Source: an uncultured Gammaproteobacteria bacterium (GTDB lineage Bacteria; Pseudomonadota; Gammaproteobacteria; Steroidobacterales; Steroidobacteraceae). From it: DNA of 64,000 nt. Below, one piece after another: positions 46,282-56,386 of this stretch. The first letter of the stretch is position 1. Each line of letters starts with the position of its first letter. The position numbers and the translations under genes were made by a program. The notes under the pieces were generated by a model, which was not told the DNA's origin, did no database searches, and was given only the letters and a program-made list of their open reading frames with translations. Location of the stretch: positions 7,561-71,560 of the forward strand of contig CAWFVL010000012.1 of NCBI GenBank assembly GCA_963819195.1. The letters are read 5' to 3'.

Positions 46282-49200
46282 ATCGGCATCGCACTCGGGC
46301 TTAATGCGGCTGCGAACGCACGCCCGGCTGCTCATCATCATCGCAGCGCTGGTGCTGCTCTACACCCTGGGCGGATTTCTGCTCGTTCCTCACCTGGCGC
46401 GCAACGCCATCGTTAGCTACGTGCAGAAGAACATGGATGGGCGGCACGCATCAATCGGCCAGATCAAGTTCAATCCCTTCACCTTCACGGTGGAAGTGCA
46501 CCAGTTCGCGCTCACCGAGGCGAACGACAGTCCGATCGCGAGTTTCGATCTGCTGCGCGTCGGTGCTTCGCTGGCCGCCTCGCTGGTACACCGGGCGTGG
46601 ACGCTCAGCGAGGTGCGGCTGGAGCAGCCACAGCTGCATGCGCTCATTGATCGCGATGGCAAACTGAATCTTGCCAAACTGGCGCCGGCCACTCCTGAGA
46701 CAGCTGCGAAACCCGGGAGCGATCAATCGCTGCCGGCGCTGCGCATAAAGTCACTGGGTGTCCACGGCGGCAGTGTGCAGTTCGAGGATCGCAGCCGCGC
46801 CGAGCCGTTCTCGACCACCCTGCGGCCGATTGAGTTCGACCTGACGGATTTCCGGACCGCGCGTGACTTCGAAAACAAGTACCGCTTCAGCGCCCAGAGC
46901 GCGGCGGGCGAGCGGCTGGACTGGGCTGGGCAATTCACACTGCAGCCGCTCGGTTCGACCGGCGAGTTCACGATCGCGCAGTTGAAAGCGCTGACCATTG
47001 CCGACTATCTGCAAAACGCGTTGCCGTTCGATCTCGTCGGCGGCAGTCTCGATATCCAGGGCAGTTATCAGTTCATCGCTACGCCGGCCACCGAGCTGTC
47101 CCTCACCTTACCCAGCATCAAGGTGCATTCACTCGGAATTAATCCAACCGCGGCAACTGGTGCAGGGGTTGCTGGTGCCCCGACCGTTGCCGCCGGCGCA
47201 ACGCCGTGGGTGTCGTTGCCCGAACTCGACGTCAATGACACGCGCGTGTCACTGTCGGACCGACGCGTGACGGTTGGCCAGATCCTGCTGCAACGGGCAG
47301 CAATCCAGCTGTGGCGCAATGCCGATGGCAGCCTGAATCTGCAGCAATTGGCAGCTCCTTCAAAACCGTCCAGCCCTGCAGCGGCGGCAGCGAACGCGCC
47401 GGCAACGGGCGCCGCGCCCGCAACGCCGAGCTGGAACATCGCGCTGGAAAAACTTGAGCTGCAAGATGCGAACATCGCGCTCGAGGATCGCAGCGTCAAG
47501 CCTGCGTTCAAGACGCAGCTGGGTGCAATCGGGTTGACGGTGGCGAATTACTCGAGCGCGGGCACGGCGCCGTTGAAGATAGACCTGCACATGCAGATTG
47601 GTCACGGCGGCCAATTGCAGACCCAGGGCAGCGTGACGCTCTCGTCGATGGATTCGGCGCTCGATCTGACACTCACGGGCCTGGATCTGCCAGCGCTTCA
47701 GCCCTATGTGGCGCAGTCCACCGATATGACGATCTATCGCGGCAAGCTCGGCGTAAAGGGCCACATCATCTATGTCGGCGCGCCAATACGGGGTCAGCCC
47801 AGGTTGCAGCTGGCGCTGGGGCTCAGCGTCGCCGATCTCGCGACCCGCGACAATTTACTCAACGAGGACCTGGTCAGCTGGCGCTCGCTTCAGATCGATG
47901 GCATACGCTATCAAATGGCGCCGGATGCGCTGCACATCGAGCACATTGCCGTGGGCGCCCCGCACGCCCGCGTAGTCATCGGTCCCAAGGGCGGCTTGAA
48001 CGTGACGCAGATCCTGCGTCCCGCGCGCACGCAGGCAGCACCGGGTGAACAGCCCGCTATCGATGCAACCGTCACAGCGGCGACGGCTGCGCCGACACCG
48101 CCGCCTGCCGCCCGGAGCACTGCGCGCAAGTCGAAGGCGGCATCATCGCCGCCCAGGGTGGCGGTCGCTGCGCCGCCGAAGCAGCCTGGCATGCCGATGA
48201 GCATCGCGCGGATCGATATCCAGGATGGCGTGGCAGATTTCACCGACCATTCCGTGGAACCAACCTTTTCGACGGCCATCTACGGACTCAAGGGATCGAT
48301 CGTCGGATTGTCCTCCGACCCCGCCTCGCGCGCGACCGTCTCGCTCGATGGCAGTGTCGACCGCTACGCTCCGGTGTCGATCAAGGGCAAAGTGAATGTG
48401 CTCTCCGCGGCCACATTCACCGACATTGCCATGACCTTCAGCAATATCGAGCTGCCGACGTTCAATCCCTATTCCGGAAAATTTGCGGGCTACAACATCG
48501 CGCAGGGGAAACTCACGACCACGATGCAGTACCACGTCGAGAACCGCAAACTCGACGCCCAGCACCACATCGTGGTCGACCAGCTTGAGTTCGGTGCGGC
48601 TACCGAGAGCAAGCAGGCCGTGCCGCTGCCGATCAAACTGGCAGTATCGCTGCTCAAGGATCGAAATGGCGTCATTGATCTGGAGTTGCCGGTCGGCGGC
48701 AGCCTCGATGACCCGACGTTTCGTATCGGCCCAATTATTTGGAAGGTGTTCGTCAACCTGCTCGAGAAGGTCGTTACCGCGCCATTTGCGGCACTGGGTA
48801 AGCTGTTCGGGGGTGGACCCGAGCTCTCCTATGTCGATTTCCCGGCCGGCGCAGCTACGCTTGCACCCGATCAGACACAGAAACTCTCGCAGCTGGCGAG
48901 CGCGCTGGTCGAGCGGCCGCAGTTGAAGCTCAATGTGCCGCTGCACACTCAGGCGGACGATGACGATGCCGCGCTCGAGCGCCTTGGGCTCGACAAGGCG
49001 CTGCAGGCCGCTGATCTCTCAGGCGCCGGGGGCGCGCGGCCTCGATCTTCGAAGGCCAAGAACGCCGCCAGCGCCACGACCGATTCAACCAGCGCTGCGG
49101 CCGACACGCAATTGCTCGCGCTCGTGTCGCTGTATCGCACGCAGTTCAAGAGTGACCCGGAATATCCACCGGATGCCGACAAGCTGGCGTGGCTGCAGCA

Positions 49201-49387
49201 ACAGCTGCTGCCGCAGTTTGCTCCTTCGCAGGCCGATCGGGACGCGCTCGGTCTGGCGCGGGCGCAGGCGGTTCAGGGTGCCGTGCTCGGTAATCCCGAA
49301 CTCAAATCCGACCGGGTATTCCTCGTCAATCAGGTCTCGGGCGGCGGTCTCGACGGCAAGGTCCGCATGGAGCTGAAGCTCGAGTAG
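46262..49387 (+). CDS. large (about 1040 aa) membrane-anchored DUF748-like protein (AsmA-like superfamily, tentative)
   Basis: One N-terminal TM helix (LLIIIAALVLLYTLGGFLLV) followed by a long beta-rich periplasmic region. Start is ATG 46262 or ATG 46304. Family name is recalled, not searched. Confidence 0.6.
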   Translation: MDDSEPRSASHSGLMRLRTHARLLIIIAALVLLYTLGGFLLVPHLARNAIVSYVQKNMDGRHASIGQIKFNPFTFTVEVHQFALTEANDSPIASFDLLRVGASLAASLVHRAWTLSEVRLEQPQLHALIDRDGKLNLAKLAPATPETAAKPGSDQSLPALRIKSLGVHGGSVQFEDRSRAEPFSTTLRPIEFDLTDFRTARDFENKYRFSAQSAAGERLDWAGQFTLQPLGSTGEFTIAQLKALTIADYLQNALPFDLVGGSLDIQGSYQFIATPATELSLTLPSIKVHSLGINPTAATGAGVAGAPTVAAGATPWVSLPELDVNDTRVSLSDRRVTVGQILLQRAAIQLWRNADGSLNLQQLAAPSKPSSPAAAAANAPATGAAPATPSWNIALEKLELQDANIALEDRSVKPAFKTQLGAIGLTVANYSSAGTAPLKIDLHMQIGHGGQLQTQGSVTLSSMDSALDLTLTGLDLPALQPYVAQSTDMTIYRGKLGVKGHIIYVGAPIRGQPRLQLALGLSVADLATRDNLLNEDLVSWRSLQIDGIRYQMAPDALHIEHIAVGAPHARVVIGPKGGLNVTQILRPARTQAAPGEQPAIDATVTAATAAPTPPPAARSTARKSKAASSPPRVAVAAPPKQPGMPMSIARIDIQDGVADFTDHSVEPTFSTAIYGLKGSIVGLSSDPASRATVSLDGSVDRYAPVSIKGKVNVLSAATFTDIAMTFSNIELPTFNPYSGKFAGYNIAQGKLTTTMQYHVENRKLDAQHHIVVDQLEFGAATESKQAVPLPIKLAVSLLKDRNGVIDLELPVGGSLDDPTFRIGPIIWKVFVNLLEKVVTAPFAALGKLFGGGPELSYVDFPAGAATLAPDQTQKLSQLASALVERPQLKLNVPLHTQADDDDAALERLGLDKALQAADLSGAGGARPRSSKAKNAASATTDSTSAAADTQLLALVSLYRTQFKSDPEYPPDADKLAWLQQQLLPQFAPSQADRDALGLARAQAVQGAVLGNPELKSDRVFLVNQVSGGGLDGKVRMELKLE

Positions 49388-49391
49388 AAGT

Positions 49392-52019
49392 TCAGTCGCG
49401 CGCCTGGCGATGCAGATCGTAGATCAGCTCGAGTGCCGCCCGCGGCGTGAGCGCGTCCGGATCAAGCGCCGCCAGCCGTTCCAGCAGATCTCGAGCGCGC
49501 CGATCGGATGGGGCCGTTGGTGGCTGGGCCGCGGAGAAGGGCAACTCGGCTTGCGGTGAATTCCCCTGTCCCGCGCGCGCACTGCGTGCTTCCAGCAGCG
49601 CGAGCGTGCGTCGTGCCGCCGCTATGATCTCGCGCGGTACGCCGGCGAGCTGCGCCACTTGCAGGCCGTAGCTGCGACTGGCAGGCCCTTCCCTGACCGC
49701 GTGCAGGAACACCAGCGAGTCGCCGTGCTCGGTGGCATCCAGGTGCACGTTGGTGCAGCCTTCGATTTCATCCGCCAACGCTGTCAGCTCAAAGTAATGG
49801 GTCGCGAACAGCGTCAGGGCCCGCACTCGCGTGGCGATGAATTCTGCGATCGTGCGGGCGAGCGAAAGTCCGTCGAAGGTACTGGTGCCACGCCCCATCT
49901 CGTCCATCAGGACCAGGCTCTGCGCACTGGCGTTGTGAAGGATGTTGGCGGTCTCGGTCATTTCAACCATGAAGGTCGAACGGCCACCGGCGAGATCGTC
50001 GGCCGCACCGATACGCGTAAAGATCCGATCGATCGGCCCGATCTCGGCGCGTGCGGCCGGAACGAAGCTGCCCAGGTGCGCCAGCACGACGATGAGCGCG
50101 ACCTGCCGCATGTAGGTGGATTTGCCGCCCATGTTCGGCCCCGTGATGATCAGCATGCGGCGACCGGCGTGCAGCCAGACATCATTGGGCACGAACGGCG
50201 TTTCCAGGAAGCGCTCGACCACCGGATGGCGTCCGCCCTCGATCAGCACCCGGGTCTCATCGACCAGCATCGGCTGACTCCAGCCAAGAGAGCTGGCGCG
50301 CTCGGCCAGGGCTGCCAAAGCGTCAACCAGCGCGATCGCCGCCGCGGTGCGCTGCAGCGGCGCCAGTGCCTCGGCGAGGCCGCTCAGCAGGGCGTCATAC
50401 AACTCCTTTTCACGCCCGAGGGCGCGTTCTCGTGCGCCCAATACCTGGTCTTCGAACTGTTTGAGTTCGGGCGTGATGAAGCGCTCCGCTGATTTGACGG
50501 TTTGACGCCGCAGATAGTCGGCGGGCACGCGATCGGCCTGGGCGCGGCCCACCTCAATGAAGAAGCCCTGCACACGGTTGTAACCGAGCTTGAGACTGGC
50601 GATGCCGCTGCGTTCGCGCTCGCGCTGCTCCAGTTCGGCCAGGAAGCCGTCGGTATTCCCGGCAATGGCTCGCAGGCGATCGAGTTCCGCGTCATGGCCC
50701 GGGGCGATGACGCCGCCGTCGCGCAGGAAGTGAGCCGGTTCCGGGTCGATCGCGGCTCGCAGCAGGGCGTGCTGTTCCGCGTGGTCATCGATATCGCACA
50801 GCAACCGTCCGAGCAGCGGCGAATCGAACACTTCGAGTGCCCGGCGCAGGGCCGGCAGGGCGCACAGGGAGGCGCGCAGTTGTACCAGATCGCGCGGTCG
50901 CGCCGAGCGCAGCGCGATGCGCGCCTGGATGCGTTCGAGGTCGCCGACGCAGCGCAATTCCTGCCGCAGCGGCTCGAAGCCGCGCGAGTCGGCCAGGGTG
51001 GCGATGGCGTGGTACCGATCGCGCAGCTCCGGGTGCGAGCGCAGCGGCCGTGCCAGCGCACGTCGCAAGGCGCGCGAGCCCATGGCCGTCACGGTGGCAT
51101 CGATGACCGCGAACAGCGTGGCGTCCTCGTTGCCGGTCAGGCTGGTATCAAGCTCGAGATTCCGGCGTGTGGCCGCATCCAGCGCCAGCGCATCCGAGCG
51201 CTCCTCGACCTGTAGGGCGCGGATATGCGGCAACGCCGATCGTTGCGTGTCGCGCACGTACTGCAGCAGTGCACCGGCGGCACGCAGCGCCAGCGGCAGC
51301 TCGTCGACCCCAAAGCCACGAAGATCGAGCGCGCCGAGCTGATCGGTCAGCAGCCGGGAGGCGGTGGCAAGTTCGAAATGCCAGGGAGCGCGCGCACGAA
51401 TGACGCTGTTCTGGCGGACTAGCGCTGCGAGCTCGTGCTCCTGAGAGTCGGCAAGCAGTAGTTCGGCGGGGCGCAGCCGTTCAAGCTCGGCCTGGAGAGC
51501 CTCTGCACTATCCAGCTCCGCCACGCTAAAGCGACCGGATGCCAGCTCCAGCCATGCCAGCCCGAAGCGAGTGTCAGAGCGCTTGGGCGCGTCTGATTTG
51601 GTGCCGGCCTGCCACACTGAGGCGAGCAGCGTTTCGCGGCGCTGCTCGAGCAGGGCGTCATCGGTGACGGTGCCCGGCGTGACGATGCGAACTACCTGAC
51701 GTTCCATGGGACCGCGTACCTGTCCCGGCTCACCGAGCTGCTCGCAGATCGCCACCGATTCACCACGCCGCACCAGGCGCGCAAGGTAGTTCTCCATGCT
51801 GTGCACGGGCACTCCGGCCATCGGAATGGGTTCGCCGCCGGACTGTCCCCGCGAGGTCAGTGCAATGTCGAGGATGGATGCGGCGCGACGCGCATCGTCA
51901 TAGAACATCTCGTAGAAATCGCCCATGCGATAGAACAGCAGCTCACCTGGATGATCGGCCTTGATACGCAGGTACTGCTGCATCATGGGCGTGTGAGATG
52001 GGTGATCGGCGCTGGCCAT
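49392..52019 (-). CDS. mutS: DNA mismatch repair protein MutS
   Basis: About 875 aa with N-terminus ...[16 protein letters not shown] and Walker [10 protein letters not shown]. Preferred start ATG 52019 (the track uses GTG 52031). Confidence 0.96.
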   Translation of the reverse strand: MASADHPSHTPMMQQYLRIKADHPGELLFYRMGDFYEMFYDDARRAASILDIALTSRGQSGGEPIPMAGVPVHSMENYLARLVRRGESVAICEQLGEPGQVRGPMERQVVRIVTPGTVTDDALLEQRRETLLASVWQAGTKSDAPKRSDTRFGLAWLELASGRFSVAELDSAEALQAELERLRPAELLLADSQEHELAALVRQNSVIRARAPWHFELATASRLLTDQLGALDLRGFGVDELPLALRAAGALLQYVRDTQRSALPHIRALQVEERSDALALDAATRRNLELDTSLTGNEDATLFAVIDATVTAMGSRALRRALARPLRSHPELRDRYHAIATLADSRGFEPLRQELRCVGDLERIQARIALRSARPRDLVQLRASLCALPALRRALEVFDSPLLGRLLCDIDDHAEQHALLRAAIDPEPAHFLRDGGVIAPGHDAELDRLRAIAGNTDGFLAELEQRERERSGIASLKLGYNRVQGFFIEVGRAQADRVPADYLRRQTVKSAERFITPELKQFEDQVLGARERALGREKELYDALLSGLAEALAPLQRTAAAIALVDALAALAERASSLGWSQPMLVDETRVLIEGGRHPVVERFLETPFVPNDVWLHAGRRMLIITGPNMGGKSTYMRQVALIVVLAHLGSFVPAARAEIGPIDRIFTRIGAADDLAGGRSTFMVEMTETANILHNASAQSLVLMDEMGRGTSTFDGLSLARTIAEFIATRVRALTLFATHYFELTALADEIEGCTNVHLDATEHGDSLVFLHAVREGPASRSYGLQVAQLAGVPREIIAAARRTLALLEARSARAGQGNSPQAELPFSAAQPPTAPSDRRARDLLERLAALDPDALTPRAALELIYDLHRQARD

Positions 52020-52062
52020 GGATCGGAACACTATAGCGATTACAACGAGTTATTATTAGTCG

Positions 52063-54120
52063 ATGGCATTGAAATTCTCCGAGATATTCCGGCGCAAGTC
52101 GCCACAGGCAGTGGCAGCTGCGCCGCCGGAGGAACTGGAATCGCTGCGTGCGAACGCTGCGAAGGCACTGCAGGGCGGTGAGCCGGAGAGAGCCGTTGAG
52201 CTCTACGACGAGCTGCTCGCGCGCAGCTCCGATGATGCCGAAGCGCACTACAAGCGCGCCAATGCGCTGAACATGCTGGGTCGATCCGAGGCAGCATTGG
52301 CCGGCTACGACCGCGCGGTTGCCCTGAAGCCCGACTACGCCAATGCCTTTTGCAATCGCGGTACGGTGCTGGAGCGACTGGGCCGATGGCAGGAGGCGCT
52401 GGCGAGTTATGAGCGTACGCTGGCCCTGAACCCCGCGGATGCCCTCGCGTATTACAACCGCGGCTCGGTACTCAGGGAGCTCAAGCGCCCCGAGGAAGCG
52501 CTGGCCAGTTACGAGCGGGCGATCGCGCTCCGAGGCGACTATGTGGAGGCGCATTTCAATCGCGGCAATGTGCTGCATGGCATGGAGCGATATCAGGCCG
52601 CGGTTGATAGTTATGACCGGGCCATTGCGCTGAATCCGACCTTCGCCGAAGGATTTCATGCACGCGGACTGTCGTTGACAAGCCTGCGGCAGCTGCCGGC
52701 AGCGATTGCCAGTTACGATCGCGCGTTCGCACTCAAGCCGGACCTCAAGTATCTGATCGGTTTGCGACGAGATGCGAAGATGCGGATCTGCGAATGGGGC
52801 GATCTCGACGCGGATCTGCAGCGGATCAGCGCCGGTCTTGAAGCTGGGCACGCAGTATCGGTGCCCTTGCCGGTGCTCGCGCTGTTCGAATCGGCGCAGG
52901 TGCATAAACTGGTTGCGCAAGTCTGGGTGAGGGAGGATTGCCCCCCGGACGATTCCCTCGGGGCCATCGCGAGCCGGCCGCGCAGCCCGAGAATTCGCAT
53001 CGGCTACTTCTCGGCTGACTTTCGCACCCACCCGGTATCGCTATTGACCGCCAAACTTTTCGAGACCCACGACCGATCGAAATTCGATATCACCGCGTTC
53101 GCCTTTGGTTCGGATGCGGATGATCCCGTGCGCGCGCGCCTCAGGGGCGCGTTTGATCAATTCATCGATGTGAATACGCGCTCCGATAGGGAAGTCGCGC
53201 TTCTCGCTCGCGAACTTGGCATCGATATAGCGGTCGATCTTGGCGGGTTTACTGAACACGCACGCACCAGAATTTTTGCCCAGCGCGCGGCACCGCTACA
53301 GGTGGGCTATCTGGGCTATCCGGGCACCTCCGGGGCGCCATACATGGACTACCTGATCGCCGACCACACCCTGATACCGGCAGGGGAGGAGCGGCATTAC
53401 AGCGAGCAGATCATCCGCCTGCCCGGCAGCTTCCAGCCCAACGATTCCACCAAAGCGATTTCGGACCGGACCTTCACACGCGAGGAGCTCGGGCTGCCAG
53501 CCCAGGGGTTTGTCTTCTGCTGCTTCAATCGCGGCTTCAAGCTCATGCCGGAGACCTTCGATGACTGGATGCAGATCCTCAAGCGTGTCGAGGGCAGCGT
53601 GCTGTGGCTCTCCGAGGGGGACCGCACCGCGGTATTGAATTTGCGCCGGGAGGCTCAGCGACGCGAAGTGAGCCCTGAGCGGCTCATCTTCGCTACCGGC
53701 ATGCCCTCGATGGCCGATCACCTGGCGCGGCTGCGTACGGCGCAGCTGTTCCTGGATACGCTGCCCTTCAATGCGCACACCACCGCCAGCGATGCGCTCT
53801 GGGCGGGGGTTCCGGTGCTGACCTGCGCTGGCCAGGCACTGCCCGGACGGGTGGCAGCCAGCCTGCTGAACGCGCTGGACCTGCCGGAGCTGATCACGGC
53901 GACTCGCGAGCAGTATCGGGAGCTGGCCGTGAGACTGGCGCACAATCCGGCAGAGCTACAGCAGCTCCGGGACAAGCTGGCCGGCAACCGGCTCACGGCG
54001 CCGCTGTTCGATACGGTCCGCTATACCCGTCATCTGGAATCCGCATTCACCTCGATCTACGAGCGGCACCAGGCCGGCCTGCCGCCGGCTCCCGTGGCTG
54101 TCAGTCCCAGTTATCATTAG
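52063..54120 (+). CDS. TPR-repeat protein fused to GT41 (O-GlcNAc transferase / SPINDLY-like) domain, paralog 1
   Basis: 685 aa. The N-terminal part has about 6 TPR units (…AEAHYKRANALNMLGR…). The C-terminal part has RIGYFSADFRTHPVS, FCCFNRGFK and the DTLPFNAHTTASDALWAGVPVLT motif typical of bacterial OGT homologs. Confidence 0.8.
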   Translation: MALKFSEIFRRKSPQAVAAAPPEELESLRANAAKALQGGEPERAVELYDELLARSSDDAEAHYKRANALNMLGRSEAALAGYDRAVALKPDYANAFCNRGTVLERLGRWQEALASYERTLALNPADALAYYNRGSVLRELKRPEEALASYERAIALRGDYVEAHFNRGNVLHGMERYQAAVDSYDRAIALNPTFAEGFHARGLSLTSLRQLPAAIASYDRAFALKPDLKYLIGLRRDAKMRICEWGDLDADLQRISAGLEAGHAVSVPLPVLALFESAQVHKLVAQVWVREDCPPDDSLGAIASRPRSPRIRIGYFSADFRTHPVSLLTAKLFETHDRSKFDITAFAFGSDADDPVRARLRGAFDQFIDVNTRSDREVALLARELGIDIAVDLGGFTEHARTRIFAQRAAPLQVGYLGYPGTSGAPYMDYLIADHTLIPAGEERHYSEQIIRLPGSFQPNDSTKAISDRTFTREELGLPAQGFVFCCFNRGFKLMPETFDDWMQILKRVEGSVLWLSEGDRTAVLNLRREAQRREVSPERLIFATGMPSMADHLARLRTAQLFLDTLPFNAHTTASDALWAGVPVLTCAGQALPGRVAASLLNALDLPELITATREQYRELAVRLAHNPAELQQLRDKLAGNRLTAPLFDTVRYTRHLESAFTSIYERHQAGLPPAPVAVSPSYH
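53293..54102. repeat. 810-bp direct repeat, copy 1 (3' part of GT41 paralog 1)
   Basis: Base-by-base reading shows identity with 55558-56367 (offset 2265). All shadow ORFs in the two copies translate identically in the ORF track. Confidence 0.9.
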
Positions 54121-54123
54121 TCG

Positions 54124-56382
54124 ATGGTATTGAAATTCTCCGGCATATTGGGCCGCAGAGCGCCGCGTGCAACGGGAGCGGAATCGCCGGAGGATATTGA
54201 ATCGCTGCGTGCGCTCGCCGCCAGCACACTACAGGGCGGCGAATTTGAGAAGGCCATTGAGCTCTACGACGCGCTTATCGCGCGCAAACCGGATGATGCC
54301 GAAGCGCACTACAAGCGTGCCAACGCGCTGAATATGCTGGGCCGATCCGATGCGGCACTGGGCGGCTACGACCGCGCCGTTGCCCTGAAACCGGATTACG
54401 CCAACGCCTTCTGCAATCGAGGCACGGTACTGGAGCGTCTGGGGCGATGGGAGGAGGCGCTGGCCAGCTATGAACGCACGCTCGAACTGAACCCCGGCGA
54501 TGCACTGGCTTATTACAACCGCGGCTCGGTGCTCAAGGAGCTCAATCGATTGGAAGAGGCACTGGCCAGTTACGATCGGGCGATCGGGCTCAGAGCGGAC
54601 TACGCCGAGGCGCATTTCAATCGCGGCAACGTTCTCCAGACCCTGCGCCAGCATCAGGCAGCACTGGAAAGCTATGACCGGGCCGTAGAACTGAAGCCGG
54701 CCTTTGCCGAGGGCTGCCATGCCCGGGGCATTTCGTTGGCGAGCATGCGACAGTTGCCTGCGGCGCTGGCAAGCTACGACCGGGCCATTGCGCTCAATGC
54801 CAACTATTCTGAAGCACACCTCAGTCGTGCCAATCTATTGCAGGAATTGTTGCTAATGGATGCCGCGATCGACGGGTACGCTCGAGCCATCGAACTAAAG
54901 CCTGATTCTCCTGAGGCCTATCTGGGATTGGGGACCGCGCTAACGCGGCTAAAGCGGCACGAGGATGCGGTTCGAAGCTACGATCGCGCGCTGGCACTCA
55001 AACCTGACCTGAAGTATCTGCTTGGCATGCGGCGCTATGGGAGGATGCAGGTCTGCGATTGGAACGATCTCCCGTCCGATCGCCAGAAGCTAAAAGCCGG
55101 TCTACAGGCCGGCCAAGCCGTGACTCTGCCGTTGCCGGTGTTGGCTCTCTTCGATTCGGCAACGCTTCATGAGCAGGCTGCACGCATCTGGGTGCGGGAG
55201 CTGTGCCCCCCGGACGATTCCCTCGGGGCCATCACGAGCCGGCCGCGCAGCCCGAGAATTCGCATCGGCTACTTCTCCGCGGACTTTCGCACCCACCCGG
55301 TATCGCTATTGACCGCTGAACTTTTCGAGAGGCACGACCGTTCGAGGTTCGAGATCACTGCCTTCGCATTTGGATCCGATGCCGACGATCCCATGCGCGA
55401 GCGGCTTAAGCATGCCTTCGAGCACTTCATCGATATCGGCCGCTATTCGGATGCTGAAGCGGCTTCACTGGCGCGCGAGCGCGGAATCGATATCGCCGTG
55501 GATCTCGGTGGCTTCACGGAAGGTGCGCGAGCCCGCGTTTTCGCCAAACGTACTGCGCCGCTACAGGTGGGCTATCTGGGCTATCCGGGCACCTCCGGGG
55601 CGCCATACATGGACTACCTGATCGCCGACCACACCCTGATACCGGCAGGGGAGGAGCGGCATTACAGCGAGCAGATCATCCGCCTGCCCGGCAGCTTCCA
55701 GCCCAACGATTCCACCAAAGCGATTTCGGACCGGACCTTCACACGCGAGGAGCTCGGGCTGCCAGCCCAGGGGTTTGTCTTCTGCTGCTTCAATCGCGGC
55801 TTCAAGCTCATGCCGGAGACCTTCGATGACTGGATGCAGATCCTCAAGCGTGTCGAGGGCAGCGTGCTGTGGCTCTCCGAGGGGGACCGCACCGCGGTAT
55901 TGAATTTGCGCCGGGAGGCTCAGCGACGCGAAGTGAGCCCTGAGCGGCTCATCTTCGCTACCGGCATGCCCTCGATGGCCGATCACCTGGCGCGGCTGCG
56001 TACGGCGCAGCTGTTCCTGGATACGCTGCCCTTCAATGCGCACACCACCGCCAGCGATGCGCTCTGGGCGGGGGTTCCGGTGCTGACCTGCGCTGGCCAG
56101 GCACTGCCCGGACGGGTGGCAGCCAGCCTGCTGAACGCGCTGGACCTGCCGGAGCTGATCACGGCGACTCGCGAGCAGTATCGGGAGCTGGCCGTGAGAC
56201 TGGCGCACAATCCGGCAGAGCTACAGCAGCTCCGGGACAAGCTGGCCGGCAACCGGCTCACGGCGCCGCTGTTCGATACGGTCCGCTATACCCGTCATCT
56301 GGAATCCGCATTCACCTCGATCTACGAGCGGCACCAGGCCGGCCTGCCGCCGGCTCCCGTGGCTGTCGGCAGTCAGGCATGA
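54124..56382 (+). CDS. TPR-repeat protein fused to GT41 (O-GlcNAc transferase / SPINDLY-like) domain, paralog 2
   Basis: 752 aa with the same architecture as paralog 1 plus two additional TPR units. The last roughly 270 aa are identical to paralog 1. Confidence 0.8.
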   Translation: MVLKFSGILGRRAPRATGAESPEDIESLRALAASTLQGGEFEKAIELYDALIARKPDDAEAHYKRANALNMLGRSDAALGGYDRAVALKPDYANAFCNRGTVLERLGRWEEALASYERTLELNPGDALAYYNRGSVLKELNRLEEALASYDRAIGLRADYAEAHFNRGNVLQTLRQHQAALESYDRAVELKPAFAEGCHARGISLASMRQLPAALASYDRAIALNANYSEAHLSRANLLQELLLMDAAIDGYARAIELKPDSPEAYLGLGTALTRLKRHEDAVRSYDRALALKPDLKYLLGMRRYGRMQVCDWNDLPSDRQKLKAGLQAGQAVTLPLPVLALFDSATLHEQAARIWVRELCPPDDSLGAITSRPRSPRIRIGYFSADFRTHPVSLLTAELFERHDRSRFEITAFAFGSDADDPMRERLKHAFEHFIDIGRYSDAEAASLARERGIDIAVDLGGFTEGARARVFAKRTAPLQVGYLGYPGTSGAPYMDYLIADHTLIPAGEERHYSEQIIRLPGSFQPNDSTKAISDRTFTREELGLPAQGFVFCCFNRGFKLMPETFDDWMQILKRVEGSVLWLSEGDRTAVLNLRREAQRREVSPERLIFATGMPSMADHLARLRTAQLFLDTLPFNAHTTASDALWAGVPVLTCAGQALPGRVAASLLNALDLPELITATREQYRELAVRLAHNPAELQQLRDKLAGNRLTAPLFDTVRYTRHLESAFTSIYERHQAGLPPAPVAVGSQA
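55558..56367. repeat. 810-bp direct repeat, copy 2 (3' part of GT41 paralog 2)
   Basis: Identical to 53293-54102. Identity starts abruptly at CCGCTACAGGTGG and ends at GTGGCTGTC. Confidence 0.9.
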
Positions 56383-56386
56383 GGCG

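Noticed and set aside
53296-53943. Identical 215-aa minus-strand ORFs at 53296..53943 and 55561..56208 (plus two further identical pairs), which at first sight suggested two copies of an IS or transposase.
   Set aside because: They are shadow ORFs of the duplicated GT41 3' region. There are no terminal inverted repeats or transposase motifs, and the plus-strand frame has clear GT41 signatures.
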